In this document: positions 41,982 to 52,026 of the stretch, in pieces
How positions within the stretch are numbered: the stretch's first letter is position 1
Layout: every line of letters starts with the position of its first letter
Source of the DNA: Aulosira sp. ZfuVER01
GTDB lineage: Bacteria > Cyanobacteriota > Cyanobacteriia > Cyanobacteriales > Nostocaceae
NCBI GenBank assembly: GCA_034530615.2
Contig: JAVRCV020000046.1
Span: 32,001-96,000, forward strand
Direction: 5' to 3'
Length of the DNA stretch: 64,000 nt
Made by a program: the position numbers and the translations under genes
The notes under the pieces: model-generated
What the model was told of the DNA's origin: nothing
The model's database searches: none
The model's input: only the letters and a program-made list of their open reading frames with translations

Positions 41982-44900
41982 ACCAACGCCGAATCAACTC
42001 TACCTGAAAGCGATCGCCATCACCAACTTCTTCAATTAACTCTCGCTGTAACAGTAACTTGCGGGTGGTTGTAGCGTGGGGAAACTGTTGTGATAGGGTG
42101 TGATGAAGTGCGATCGCACCTTCCCCTTGAGCAGCTATAAAGCGTAAAATCGCCCTACCATTTTCATCTACTTGGTTATTTTGGATATCAGCGAAGAAGA
42201 AACCGCCACTTTTGAAAGCTTCGGGAATTGCTGCTTCTACATCGGCTAAAGTTGCTAACCTCCGCATAGAAGGGTCTTGCTCATTTTTGAGGGCGATAAT
42301 TTCTGCACAGAGTAGCTGTACTAAAAATGGGTGACAACGGGTGAGTTGCAACACTCGCTCAACTGCGTCAGGTTCATAGCGCAGGGTAAAATCTTTCACA
42401 GGGCGTTCAATGAGTTGTCGCGCTTCTGCTTCTTTGAGGTATGAGATATACACTACCTGCACATTTATGAGATAACTAGCCCAGCGTTGATATTCTGCGA
42501 TCGTATGGGAACCTGCTAACAAAACCTTAAAGCGAGGACGATGTTGGATGAGGTGACGCAGCATTCCTAGAACATCTTGCTCATCAAAGCGTCCTTTGGT
42601 TATAGCGCTGTCTAGTACCTCGAACTCATCTAACATCAGCAAAGCGGTATTTTGTTCGAGTGTCTGTTCTACTGTATCTAACCATTCATCGAAGGTGGTA
42701 AAGGGGTCAGAGTTTAGCGATTCGCGGGTGAGGGATGGTAGAGTGACACCTTGCTTCTTAGCTGATTTCACCATTTCTCTAGCAAGGTTGTAGAGAAAAC
42801 CTGCATGATCGCTAGCTGATGAAGGCGCGCCTTGCAAGTCTACAAACATGGGGATGATGGTATTAGGTAGCAGCTTTCCCAAGTTGTTGAGTAGGGAAGT
42901 TTTGCCCATGCGTCGCTGACCGTAAAGTAGCAAAGGTGGGCGACGGCGGTCTAGGAGTAACTGCTCAATGCGTATACCGATATCATTACGACCTGTGAAA
43001 ATTTCTTGCTCCTGTGTGAGGGGTACACCAATGATGTAAGGAGAGTCAATTTCTTGACGAAGTTCAGCAGCTTTTGCCAGTTCCTCTGCATAGATGGCTA
43101 TGATTTCACGCCAACTTTTGGCGATAGGATAGAAATTGATTGTGTATTTTTTACTAGTACGATTAAATTCTTGCAAGTATCCGTCTAAACGGTCGGTGAC
43201 AGATCTGAGGGCTAGGCGTTGGTTGTAAGTACTTGCCTGATTCAGTGCAGCATCAACACCTTCACTGATGCGACTGAAAATGTTTAGTAGAGTGCGAACT
43301 GGGCTTTCAAGTTCGCCATTTGACAGACTACGATGAGCTTGACGGATCGCTTCTACATCCGCACAGTTTTCTAAACTTCGTGCATCCAGTTCAATTTGAA
43401 TTTGAGCAGCTTGAACTTCCCAGCGTTGATTTTTGATTGCGATCGCAGCTGAAGAAGCAAGAGTTTCAATCATCTTTTTTTCATCTTCCGAAAAACTGTG
43501 AGGTCGGCGGTAATTAATAAACATTACTCCGACTATATCTTTATCAACTTCTAGCAAAACACCAGCTACGGAATGAATTTTTTCTCTATGAGTAAAGGCT
43601 GAATTCTGAAATATCGATTCTCTTTGCAACTGTGGAACATAAACGTTTTCTCCCCGCTGAATAAGCAAAAAAGGGAGATTTTCTCCAATCATTTCATCTT
43701 GCATTTTCTGCTCTTGCCTTAATCTTCCTGCTATTTTAGGAGGAGTCGGAAATTGCCTTTCGGTTTGGATATATTCGTAGATATTAACTACATCTGCACC
43801 TAGAACATTCAAAATATTCCAAGCAATATGACGCAAAAGATTATCTTCTGGTATACGCCCTAGAGATTGAGTTACAGAGTAGAGAGCTGCTAGCTGGCGT
43901 ACTTCATTACGCATTTGTTCGATTCTGATGGTGTGCCAAATTGCATCAACAGCCCACCGCCGGACAAATAGTTCTACTAAGCGCAGTTTACGTGTAGACA
44001 GTATATAAGTGCGTCGAAATAGAACATAAAGTATTCCTTCTTTGTTCTCAACTTGTAACGGAAAAGCTGCCATTGCTTTAATCCCAGCCGAAAAGGCTTG
44101 TGGGTTAAGCTTTGCCATTTCCAGTTTGTCATGACCTTGAGATAAGTCTGGAATAAACTTGTACTTTTTTTCGAGAATCGCTTGTCGTCCCAGTCCATTA
44201 TGACGCGGTGGACAGGTTTTCAGAAATTGCTTACCAATGCCGTGAGAAAATACTTCATAAATGTAACGACCTTGTTCTAAATTTGGCTCATATAAGAAAT
44301 GCAGGGTAGCTGCATCAGCATCGAGAATTTGCTTGGCTTTCTCTGCTATCGTTTCTAAAACCCGAGGTAGCTGTGCTTGCCAAATATCCAAAGATTGCCG
44401 AGCAATATAGTCCAGTAATCGCGATAATATTTTTTCCTCAATTCGTCTTTCCGGAGAACTATAACCTGCTTCTACTGTACCGATGACTATCACCTCTGGA
44501 TTGCGCCCCTCAGGTTGCAGATCTGGTGCTAGACGCAACTGGTAAACCTCATGCTGTCTTACCCTACTTTCCTCAAATTCAGGGCTTATTTTCTGCCATT
44601 TACAGCGCTCAAACCAATTTTTGATGACTCTGCCGTTATAATCTTGAACCAGAACTATTGGTGTAAATACACGAACCAACTTTTCATGACCATACTCATG
44701 ATAAATCCAATGATCAAAGCGTTTGTCCCACCCAGAAATCACCTCAGTTTGCTGAGTTTGGACTATATCTGCCTGAATATCTCTTAATTGCGGATCTGGT
44801 TCCAAGTAATGCTTGGGCATAGTAGCCCATTCTACTCCACTACCACTCCCACATACTCCCTCAATAATGTTGTGTTCTCGGGAAATTAAAGATATGTTGG

Positions 44901-45099
44901 CGAAATCAAAACCCTGTGCCAGGATGTTTTGACAGACTGCTTCTAGAATATCTTCCAGCTTAAACAGTTTTGAGGTAGCTTGTTCTACCTGATCTAAAGC
45001 CTCCAAAATAGAAGTCTCAAAAGCTTTTAACTGTGAATTTCTGCGAGCAGCCACCATAGCACCTCTCTTTCTTTGCCTCATGAGTATAATGCTAGACAA
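41965..45099 (-). CDS. Multi-GAF + AAA/STAND ATPase fusion protein
   Basis: GAF signatures ([27 protein letters not shown]); [26 protein letters not shown]. Confidence 0.82.
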   Translation of the reverse strand: MSSIILMRQRKRGAMVAARRNSQLKAFETSILEALDQVEQATSKLFKLEDILEAVCQNILAQGFDFANISLISREHNIIEGVCGSGSGVEWATMPKHYLEPDPQLRDIQADIVQTQQTEVISGWDKRFDHWIYHEYGHEKLVRVFTPIVLVQDYNGRVIKNWFERCKWQKISPEFEESRVRQHEVYQLRLAPDLQPEGRNPEVIVIGTVEAGYSSPERRIEEKILSRLLDYIARQSLDIWQAQLPRVLETIAEKAKQILDADAATLHFLYEPNLEQGRYIYEVFSHGIGKQFLKTCPPRHNGLGRQAILEKKYKFIPDLSQGHDKLEMAKLNPQAFSAGIKAMAAFPLQVENKEGILYVLFRRTYILSTRKLRLVELFVRRWAVDAIWHTIRIEQMRNEVRQLAALYSVTQSLGRIPEDNLLRHIAWNILNVLGADVVNIYEYIQTERQFPTPPKIAGRLRQEQKMQDEMIGENLPFLLIQRGENVYVPQLQRESIFQNSAFTHREKIHSVAGVLLEVDKDIVGVMFINYRRPHSFSEDEKKMIETLASSAAIAIKNQRWEVQAAQIQIELDARSLENCADVEAIRQAHRSLSNGELESPVRTLLNIFSRISEGVDAALNQASTYNQRLALRSVTDRLDGYLQEFNRTSKKYTINFYPIAKSWREIIAIYAEELAKAAELRQEIDSPYIIGVPLTQEQEIFTGRNDIGIRIEQLLLDRRRPPLLLYGQRRMGKTSLLNNLGKLLPNTIIPMFVDLQGAPSSASDHAGFLYNLAREMVKSAKKQGVTLPSLTRESLNSDPFTTFDEWLDTVEQTLEQNTALLMLDEFEVLDSAITKGRFDEQDVLGMLRHLIQHRPRFKVLLAGSHTIAEYQRWASYLINVQVVYISYLKEAEARQLIERPVKDFTLRYEPDAVERVLQLTRCHPFLVQLLCAEIIALKNEQDPSMRRLATLADVEAAIPEAFKSGGFFFADIQNNQVDENGRAILRFIAAQGEGAIALHHTLSQQFPHATTTRKLLLQRELIEEVGDGDRFQVELIRRWFILEQ

Positions 45100-45149
45100 T
45101 AGACCTGTCCGAAATATAAATTTTGGGACAAAAAAATGGTAGAACGGAA

Positions 45150-45302
45150 ATGCAAGAAAGAATGCAAACTTTACTCAGACGTAATAAAACTGGAGAACTC
45201 AATCCTACAGAACAAAAAGAACTAGACGAGTATGAGCGCATTGAACATCTAATAATCATATTAAAAACAGGTAATTTAGCGCACTTAATTACTAACTCAT
45301 AA
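45150..45302 (+). pseudogene. Antitoxin-like small ORF remnant followed by a truncated MSVY... start
   Basis: MQERMQTLLRRNKTGELNPTEQKELDEYERIEHLIIILK resembles (from memory) cyanobacterial ORFs that precede HNH toxins. Confidence 0.45.
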
Positions 45303-45346
45303 ATGTTATGTCAGTTTACAAAAAACCTGCTAAACATACATTTTTT

Positions 45347-45375
45347 GTAGGGGTTTAGCATTGCCAAACCCCTAC
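45347..45375. repeat. GTAG REP-like palindrome
   Basis: GTAGGGGTTTAGCA-t-TGCCAAACCCCTAC; near-identical copy at 50432-50460. Confidence 0.75.
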
Positions 45376-45385
45376 AGATGAAAGG

Positions 45386-46498
45386 TTAATGTAAAGAAAG
45401 AAATGGCTGTATCTGTCTTAAAGCTTCTTCTCTCCAATTCTCATCATCTTCTCCTTCTTCTAAAGTAAATAATCTTTCGCGACATAGAATTTGTAATAAT
45501 ATTGGCAAACACTGACTTTGATTTAAAATCCACTCTATATCGTCATCATCAAAAGGAATAGGAGAACTGGCTATTAATTCTCGCGCTTCTTGTTCAGTCA
45601 AAGCTCCTAAATATGCGGTGTAGCCGAAAATATTGAAAAAAGGTGAACTATGTCCTGTATTGTGCGCTAGTTCAATAGGTGATTCGGGGGTAGCTAAGAT
45701 AAACGCGAGATTTCCGCCTGTGTGGTTAGTCGCCAAGGAACGCAAACTTTCCCAAAAGCTATCATCTAATTCTGGACAGCGTTGCAATCCCACGCCAATC
45801 TCATCTAATAAGATGACGGTGGGTGTATGCAAGTTGTCACTGACTACATCCATGAAATAATCTAAGTCGCAAGGTATTGGTACTTGCATTTTCAGGGATT
45901 CAAGGATGTACTTGAGCAATCCCTCCCGATTCTGCATTCGTACATCTTGCAAGTCTATGAAAATCCACTGATAATTTTCTGGATTTGGTAGCCAATCAGA
46001 CTTTTGATTGAGGCGCAGTTGTTCTCTTGGGGTGGTAGTAATGTTTTTCAGGTAGTGTAAAAGTGATGTTTTACCGCTACGCTTTTTACCAATGATGGCG
46101 GCGTTTTGTAGGGGATGGCGTTTGAGTAGGTGGAAGAGGCGTTTTAGTTCTTTCTCGCGTCCAAAAAAGTAACGGGGTTGGGTAATGGGTGGGCCTGTGA
46201 TGAAGGGTGAGGCTTCTCCGTTGTTTGGCTGGGGTTGATGCGGTTGAATATTTGATGGGGGAGAAAGTTGAACTTGGCTTTTGATTATTTGTGCTTCAAT
46301 TAGATCGAGTTGATTTTCTAGCTTCGACAACTCTGCTTCTTCTTGTTGAAGCTGCTGTTCTAATTGAAATTTATTTGTGCTACCAGCCTGAATGGCTAAA
46401 TCGTTGCGTAGCTGTGCGACTTTAGCGTTGCGAATATCCCACTCATTTTGCAGTCTTTCTCGTTTTTTTTCTAATCGAGATTGTTTTTCTTTGCTCAA
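45386..46498 (-). CDS. AAA/STAND ATPase with N-terminal coiled-coil (EAD9-like) domain
   Basis: SPFITGPP, FFGRE, GKKRSGKTS, LLDEIG, SPFFNIF; start codon uncertain. Confidence 0.8.
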   Translation of the reverse strand: MSKEKQSRLEKKRERLQNEWDIRNAKVAQLRNDLAIQAGSTNKFQLEQQLQQEEAELSKLENQLDLIEAQIIKSQVQLSPPSNIQPHQPQPNNGEASPFITGPPITQPRYFFGREKELKRLFHLLKRHPLQNAAIIGKKRSGKTSLLHYLKNITTTPREQLRLNQKSDWLPNPENYQWIFIDLQDVRMQNREGLLKYILESLKMQVPIPCDLDYFMDVVSDNLHTPTVILLDEIGVGLQRCPELDDSFWESLRSLATNHTGGNLAFILATPESPIELAHNTGHSSPFFNIFGYTAYLGALTEQEARELIASSPIPFDDDDIEWILNQSQCLPILLQILCRERLFTLEEGEDDENWREEALRQIQPFLSLH

Positions 46499-46588
46499 GG
46501 GTTAGCGGTGGTGGATTTTTCGATCGGTGTGCGATCGCTCTTCATTATAATCCCACTCTCTTGCTACTTCGCTGATGAGTATTTACAA

Positions 46589-46918
46589 CTCATTCACGAG
46601 TATCAAAGACTCGTTGACGAGGAAAAAAGCCTCATTAATGAGTATCAAAGACTCGTTGACGAGGAAAAAAGCTTCATTCACGAGTATCAAAGACTCGTTG
46701 ACGAGGAAAAAAGCCTCATTAATGAGTATCAAAGACTCGTTGACGAGGAAAAAAGCTTCATTCACGAGTATCAAAGACTCGTTGACGAGGAAAAAAGCCT
46801 CATTCACGAGTATCAAAGACTCGTCCACGAGGAAAAAAGCCTCATTAATGAAGATAAAAGACTCGTTCACGAAGAAAAAAGCCTCATTAATGAAGATAAA
46901 AGACTCGTTCACGAGTAT
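46589..46918. repeat. ~8 copies of a 42-bp tandem repeat (21-bp sub-period)
   Basis: Unit (C/T)TCATT(CAC/AAT)GAGTATCAAAGACTCGTTGACGAGGAAAAAAGC. Confidence 0.95.
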
Positions 46919-47002
46919 TAGAACTTCGTGAACAAGTCTCAAAACTTTGTTGATGAGATTTAAGGAGTCGTAATTAACTACTGACTAATCACTCTCAAGT
47001 TT

Positions 47003-48646
47003 TTACAGCGCACAACTTAACTCGCCGGCTTTTTGGGTAAAGCGGCGATTCTCACGATAGTCTACAGGACAATCAATGACCGCCGGGACATCTTGAGCTA
47101 GGGCTTCTTTAAGTACAGGAATTAAATCAGTAGCAGCTTCAACTCTGTAACCTTTTAAACCCATGCTTTCGGCTAATTTGACAAAATCGGGATTACCAAA
47201 GCGGACAAAAGCTGACTGTCCAGGGCCGAAATGATTTTCCTGCTTCCACTCAATCAACCCATAGCCACCATCGTTGAAAATTAAGGTGACGAAGGGAGTA
47301 CCGACACGCAAAGCGGTTTCTAATTCCTGGCAATTCATCATAAAGCCACCATCGCCAGTTACAGCTACAATTTTGCGGTTAGGATGAACAAGTTTTGCAG
47401 CTAAAGCGCCAGGAATCGCAATACCCATTGCAGCAAAGCCGTTGGAAATAATGCAGGTATTGGGGCTATGGCAATGATAATGGCGAGCCATCCACATTTT
47501 ATGTGCGCCAACATCAGAGATGACAATATCATCTGGGCCCATTACTTGCCGCAAGTCATAAATTAATTTTTGCGGTTTGATGGGAAAACCATCATCATAA
47601 GCGTGTTCTTCGTAGTCGGCACGAATATTTGTCCGTAAGCTGATAGCGTAGGGATTGGGTTTACCTTGTCTGTCTGCTAACTTTAAGATTTCAACCAAGG
47701 AATCAGAAATATCACCAATTACTTCTGCACAGGGAATATAACTGCTATCAATTTCCGCAGGACTCAGTCCAATATGAATAACAGGAATTTTGCCGTCAGG
47801 ATTCCATTTTTTCGGGGAGAATTCGATTAAATCGTAGCCAATTGCTATTACTAAATCTGTGTTATCAAAGCCACAGGTAATAAAATCCCGTTGTTGCAAT
47901 CCTACTGACCATAAGGCTAAGTGATGAGTATAGGGAATAACGCCTTTGCCCATAAAAGTATTGGCAACAGGAATATTCATTTGGGTGGCGAATTGAGTTA
48001 CAGCATCACTAGCTTGGGCACGAATTGCACCATTACCTACTAAAATTAACGGATTTACTGCTTGAGAAATTGCGGCTGCGGCTGCACGAATACTAGCAAA
48101 AGATGCATAAGTTTTTTCAATATTATGCTTATGCAAGGGTTTGCCTTCTACAGGCATAGCAGCGATATTTTCTGGTAAATCAATGTGAACTGCACCGGGT
48201 TTTTCCGATTGCGATCGCTTAAAGGCTTTGCGGACAACTTCTGGTGTAATACTGGGGCGGACAATTTGTTTATTCCACTTAGTTACAGGCGCAAACATTG
48301 CCACCAAATCTAAATATTGATGAGATTCAATGTGCATTCTATCTGTGCCTACTTGCCCAGTAATTGCTACCAAAGGCGCACCGTCAAGGTTAGCATCTGC
48401 TACCCCAGTCATCAAATTGGTTGCGCCAGGGCCAAGGGTGGAAAGACAAACTCCGGCTTTTCCTGTCAGGCGACCATAAACATCCGCCATGAATGCTGCA
48501 CCCTGTTCGTGACGAGTAGTAATAAATTGAATAGAAGAACTTTTTAAAGCTTCTAAAACGTGCAGATTTTCTTCACCAGGAAGTCCAAAAACATATTCTA
48601 CTCCTTCATTTTCTAAACACTGTACTAATAATTCTGCTGTATTCAT
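47003..48646 (-). CDS. ogdA: ThDP enzyme usually annotated acetolactate synthase; likely 2-oxoglutarate decarboxylase
   Basis: MNTAELLVQCLENEGVEYVFGLPGEENL, RHEQGAAFMA, GDGGF...FND; in an operon with SSADH. Confidence 0.8.
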   Translation of the reverse strand: MNTAELLVQCLENEGVEYVFGLPGEENLHVLEALKSSSIQFITTRHEQGAAFMADVYGRLTGKAGVCLSTLGPGATNLMTGVADANLDGAPLVAITGQVGTDRMHIESHQYLDLVAMFAPVTKWNKQIVRPSITPEVVRKAFKRSQSEKPGAVHIDLPENIAAMPVEGKPLHKHNIEKTYASFASIRAAAAAISQAVNPLILVGNGAIRAQASDAVTQFATQMNIPVANTFMGKGVIPYTHHLALWSVGLQQRDFITCGFDNTDLVIAIGYDLIEFSPKKWNPDGKIPVIHIGLSPAEIDSSYIPCAEVIGDISDSLVEILKLADRQGKPNPYAISLRTNIRADYEEHAYDDGFPIKPQKLIYDLRQVMGPDDIVISDVGAHKMWMARHYHCHSPNTCIISNGFAAMGIAIPGALAAKLVHPNRKIVAVTGDGGFMMNCQELETALRVGTPFVTLIFNDGGYGLIEWKQENHFGPGQSAFVRFGNPDFVKLAESMGLKGYRVEAATDLIPVLKEALAQDVPAVIDCPVDYRENRRFTQKAGELSCAL

Positions 48647-48665
48647 TATGATTTCCTCAATTTTT

Positions 48666-48765
48666 TATTGGTCATTGGTCATTTGTCATTTGTTTTTTGA
48701 CTTTTGACTCTTGACTTTTGACTCTTGACTTTTAACTATCGACTTCTGACCAATGACTCTTGACT
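48666..48765. repeat. Heptameric STRR repeats
   Basis: (ATTGGTC)n and (TTTTGAC/TCTTGAC)n. Confidence 0.85.
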
Positions 48766-48767
48766 AA

Positions 48768-50135
48768 TTACTTAACCCACACAGTTTTAACATTGACAAA
48801 TTCATGTATCCCTTGGATACTCAACTCTCTGCCATACCCAGAACGCTTAATTCCACCAAAGGGTAAGCGGGGATCGGATTTTACCATACCGTTAATAAAT
48901 ACTGAACCGGCTTCGATTTCTTCAACCAAGCGATCGCATTCTTGATCGTTGGTAGTCCAAGCGCTTGCGCCTAAGCCAAAGGGTACGGAATTAGCTAATT
49001 TAATGGCTGCATCAATATCTGGGACGCGGAATAGTAAAGCCACTGGCCCAAAAAATTCTTCTTGGGCGATCGCACTATCTTGGGGGATATCTGTAAGGAT
49101 CGTGGGTGCATAGTAATTGCCCGGACGATCTGAGATTGGATGTCCACCTGTGAGGACTTTACCGCCGCTTTTAGTTGCAGCTTGCACTTGTTGATCTAAA
49201 TCCTGGAGAATACCAGGAGTTGCCAACGGGCCTAAGTCGGTGTCTGGTTGCATGGGATCGCCAACTTTTAAAGCCAGAAATTTATCTAACAACAGTTTTT
49301 CAAATTTGTCAGCGATCACTTCTGCAACAATGAAACGTTTCGCTGCTATACAAGATTGCCCGTTATTTAACATTCGTGCTGTAGTTGCGGTGACAACTGC
49401 TGCTGTTAAATCAGCACTTTCTAACACGATGAATGGGTCACTTCCTCCCAATTCCAAAACAGTTTTTTTAATTTGTTTCCCCGCAGCCACAGCTAAAGAT
49501 ATACCTGCGGGTTCGCTTCCGGTTAAGGTAGCAGCTTTAACTCGCTCATCCGCCATTAAATCGGCAACTTGAGCAGCACCGATCAATAGAGTTTGAAACA
49601 CACCTTTCGGGAAACCTGCCCGTTGAAAAATATCTTCAATTGCTAAAGCGCATTGGGGCACATTAGAAGCGTGTTTGAGTAAGCCAACATTACCCGCCAT
49701 CAGTGCTGGTGCGGCAAAGCGAAAAACTTGCCAAAAGGGGAAATTCCAGGGCATGACTGCAAGAATGACACCTAATGGTTGATAGCGCACAAAGCTTTTG
49801 CTCGCATCGGTTTCTACGGTGACATCAGCTAAGAAACTAGCAGCGTGTTCGGCGTAGTAGCGACAGACAAGGGCACATTTTTCGACTTCTGCGATCGCAG
49901 CTTTCAAAGGCTTGCCCATTTCTAGAGTCATCACTTTAGCAAATTCTGCTTTCTCTTGCTCTAAAATATCAGCAGCTTTTTGTAGCCATTGCGATCGCTC
50001 TAAAAAACTAGTCTTGCGGTAATGCTCAAAAGCCTGACCTGCTAAATCCAGTTTAGCGGCAATTTCTGTATCATTCAGCGACTCAAAAGTTTTGAGTGTC
50101 TCCCCAGTAGCGGGATTAATGGTGGCGATAGCCAT
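48768..50135 (-). CDS. gabD: NAD(P)-dependent succinate-semialdehyde dehydrogenase
   Basis: MPWNFP, LTGSE, LELGGSDP, NGQSCIA, EEFFGP. Confidence 0.92.
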   Translation of the reverse strand: MAIATINPATGETLKTFESLNDTEIAAKLDLAGQAFEHYRKTSFLERSQWLQKAADILEQEKAEFAKVMTLEMGKPLKAAIAEVEKCALVCRYYAEHAASFLADVTVETDASKSFVRYQPLGVILAVMPWNFPFWQVFRFAAPALMAGNVGLLKHASNVPQCALAIEDIFQRAGFPKGVFQTLLIGAAQVADLMADERVKAATLTGSEPAGISLAVAAGKQIKKTVLELGGSDPFIVLESADLTAAVVTATTARMLNNGQSCIAAKRFIVAEVIADKFEKLLLDKFLALKVGDPMQPDTDLGPLATPGILQDLDQQVQAATKSGGKVLTGGHPISDRPGNYYAPTILTDIPQDSAIAQEEFFGPVALLFRVPDIDAAIKLANSVPFGLGASAWTTNDQECDRLVEEIEAGSVFINGMVKSDPRLPFGGIKRSGYGRELSIQGIHEFVNVKTVWVK

Positions 50136-50431
50136 TACCTGACCTCCCGTTTAAAAATAACTTGAGCAGCTTCTTAGTGTTACACAGATCAATTGTGGAA
50201 GCTACCACCCAAATTGTAGACTTTGGATTAAAAATTGGGGGCTGAATATTACGATTTCACAATAAAAATAGAAATAAACTATACAAATTACTCTGTATTT
50301 TTACTTATAATCTACTTATTTTCAGTAGTGATTATTAACAGCGTATAGTAGTACACTGAAATATCTTCTTGATGACTAAGCATTTGGCTCTCATCCCAAT
50401 TTACTAAAATCGCGATCGCGATAGGTTTTTC

Positions 50432-50460
50432 GTAGGGGTTTAGCATTGCTAAACCCTTAC
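50432..50460. repeat. GTAG REP-like palindrome
   Basis: GTAGGGGTTTAGCATTGCTAAACCCTTAC. Confidence 0.75.
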
Positions 50461-50597
50461 CCAAGTATTTCTATCATTATTAAAGTTAGATGGTATCAGA
50501 CATAAAAATTCTCAGCTACTGTGACTTCAAAATAGACATAGCGATCAAAATTTTGATATAGGAAATTTTCTAATTTAGAATTTTGAATTGGTATAAC

Positions 50598-51728
50598 TCA
50601 TGGTTTCTTTGATGTTGAAAACAGGCTAGCCCCTTCATATAAGCCTGTATGATAAACCCAATTTTGCACTCCATTAGTAGTTGTGACAATCCAACCAGGA
50701 AAATTACCAGGTGTACAGATATCTTTAGGGACAGTCACAGGAAAGCCACGGCAACTATCTGTCCAGACTTTTTGTTCTACCCAAAAGATTTTGAGGTTGG
50801 CAGGTGGTATTTCTGTGGCAGGATAGACATCTTTCAATACTCCTCTCACCAGCTTTCTTGGTAAACTATCGGGGCCATTCAACTTCAAACCGCGTCCGGG
50901 TGCTACATGATAAACCCAGCGTTGTTGATAGCCTTGGGCGACTACTCGCCAACCTGTCAAACCAATTTGACTACAAGCTGTTCCGGGTGGGGCAATATCT
51001 AAACAACCATTCAAGGTTCTGGGTTCGGCACTCACAACTTGCAGTGCAGCTAATGAAATAGCTGTGCGCTTGGACATATCTTGCAAAACAGCGTTTGCAG
51101 TTCCCTTGGTGAAATTGGCTGGTATTTTGGGATTAATTTGGCTAGCTGCATTATCAAATAAGGCAGAATAAGATAAACCTGTGCGATATACCCAGCGTTG
51201 CTTTGCGCCATCAGTGACTGTCACTTGCCATCCTGGTGTTTTAGCAGCAATACAGGAAATTAAACCTGGCAAACCAAAACAGCCATTTTGCCAAGTTTTG
51301 TTTTCCACCCAGTAAATCTTGAGGCGGGAAACTGGTAAACCCGAACGCCAAGAAGCTTCTTCTAAAACTTCATTGGCGATCGCAGGTGATAAACTTACTG
51401 GGCCATTTAACTTAAACCCATAATTTTCGGTTGCGTGGTAAATCCAACGATGTTGTCTAGCTGCGATTGTCACTTTCCAACCACGAAGGCCAATGGCCTG
51501 ACAAAGTTGATCTGGTGGTGCAACACTCAAGCAGCCATCAACTAAAGTTTCCTCCGTGCGTAGAATCTGCACTTCTGGCTTAGGCACAAACGATCGCCAT
51601 GCCATATCCTGTAAGAGTTTGTCTTTTAGGGATATTGGTAAAGTTGCACCCTTGGTTTCTACTGGAGTTTGTGCTGCACGACTAGGGAAGTTAGCCATGA
51701 CGAAGATGCTGGCTAACAACACTGTCAT
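50598..51728 (-). CDS. Secreted protein with four Cys-containing repeats
   Basis: Signal peptide; four GC..C....GW.V......W(V/I)Y(H/R) units; start uncertain. Confidence 0.75.
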   Translation of the reverse strand: MTVLLASIFVMANFPSRAAQTPVETKGATLPISLKDKLLQDMAWRSFVPKPEVQILRTEETLVDGCLSVAPPDQLCQAIGLRGWKVTIAARQHRWIYHATENYGFKLNGPVSLSPAIANEVLEEASWRSGLPVSRLKIYWVENKTWQNGCFGLPGLISCIAAKTPGWQVTVTDGAKQRWVYRTGLSYSALFDNAASQINPKIPANFTKGTANAVLQDMSKRTAISLAALQVVSAEPRTLNGCLDIAPPGTACSQIGLTGWRVVAQGYQQRWVYHVAPGRGLKLNGPDSLPRKLVRGVLKDVYPATEIPPANLKIFWVEQKVWTDSCRGFPVTVPKDICTPGNFPGWIVTTTNGVQNWVYHTGLYEGASLFSTSKKP

Positions 51729-52026
51729 CCAAGATTGAAGATGCAATCGCCCGATCAATTTCTGCTCCTTTTTTGCCGATCTGTCACTGAGTTAAATGTG
51801 CGGGAAACCAGAGATTCTGACCCTGCGTCAACTCAGTTTACAGAGAATATTTCACCTATATCTTGTGCTTTTTATGCAAATTACTCAGTTATTTTTAATA
51901 ATTGCGATCGCAGGGTTAGGAATTAAAGTTTGTAATACCAATTTGAAAAAAGAATACGACAGTAAATCTTTGGTGGTGCGTTAGGACTAACTAGTTTACC
52001 TTCTGCCTTCTGCCTTCTGCCTTATT

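Noticed and set aside
46589..46918. Possible CRISPR array
   Set aside because: The units are head-to-tail with no unique spacers.
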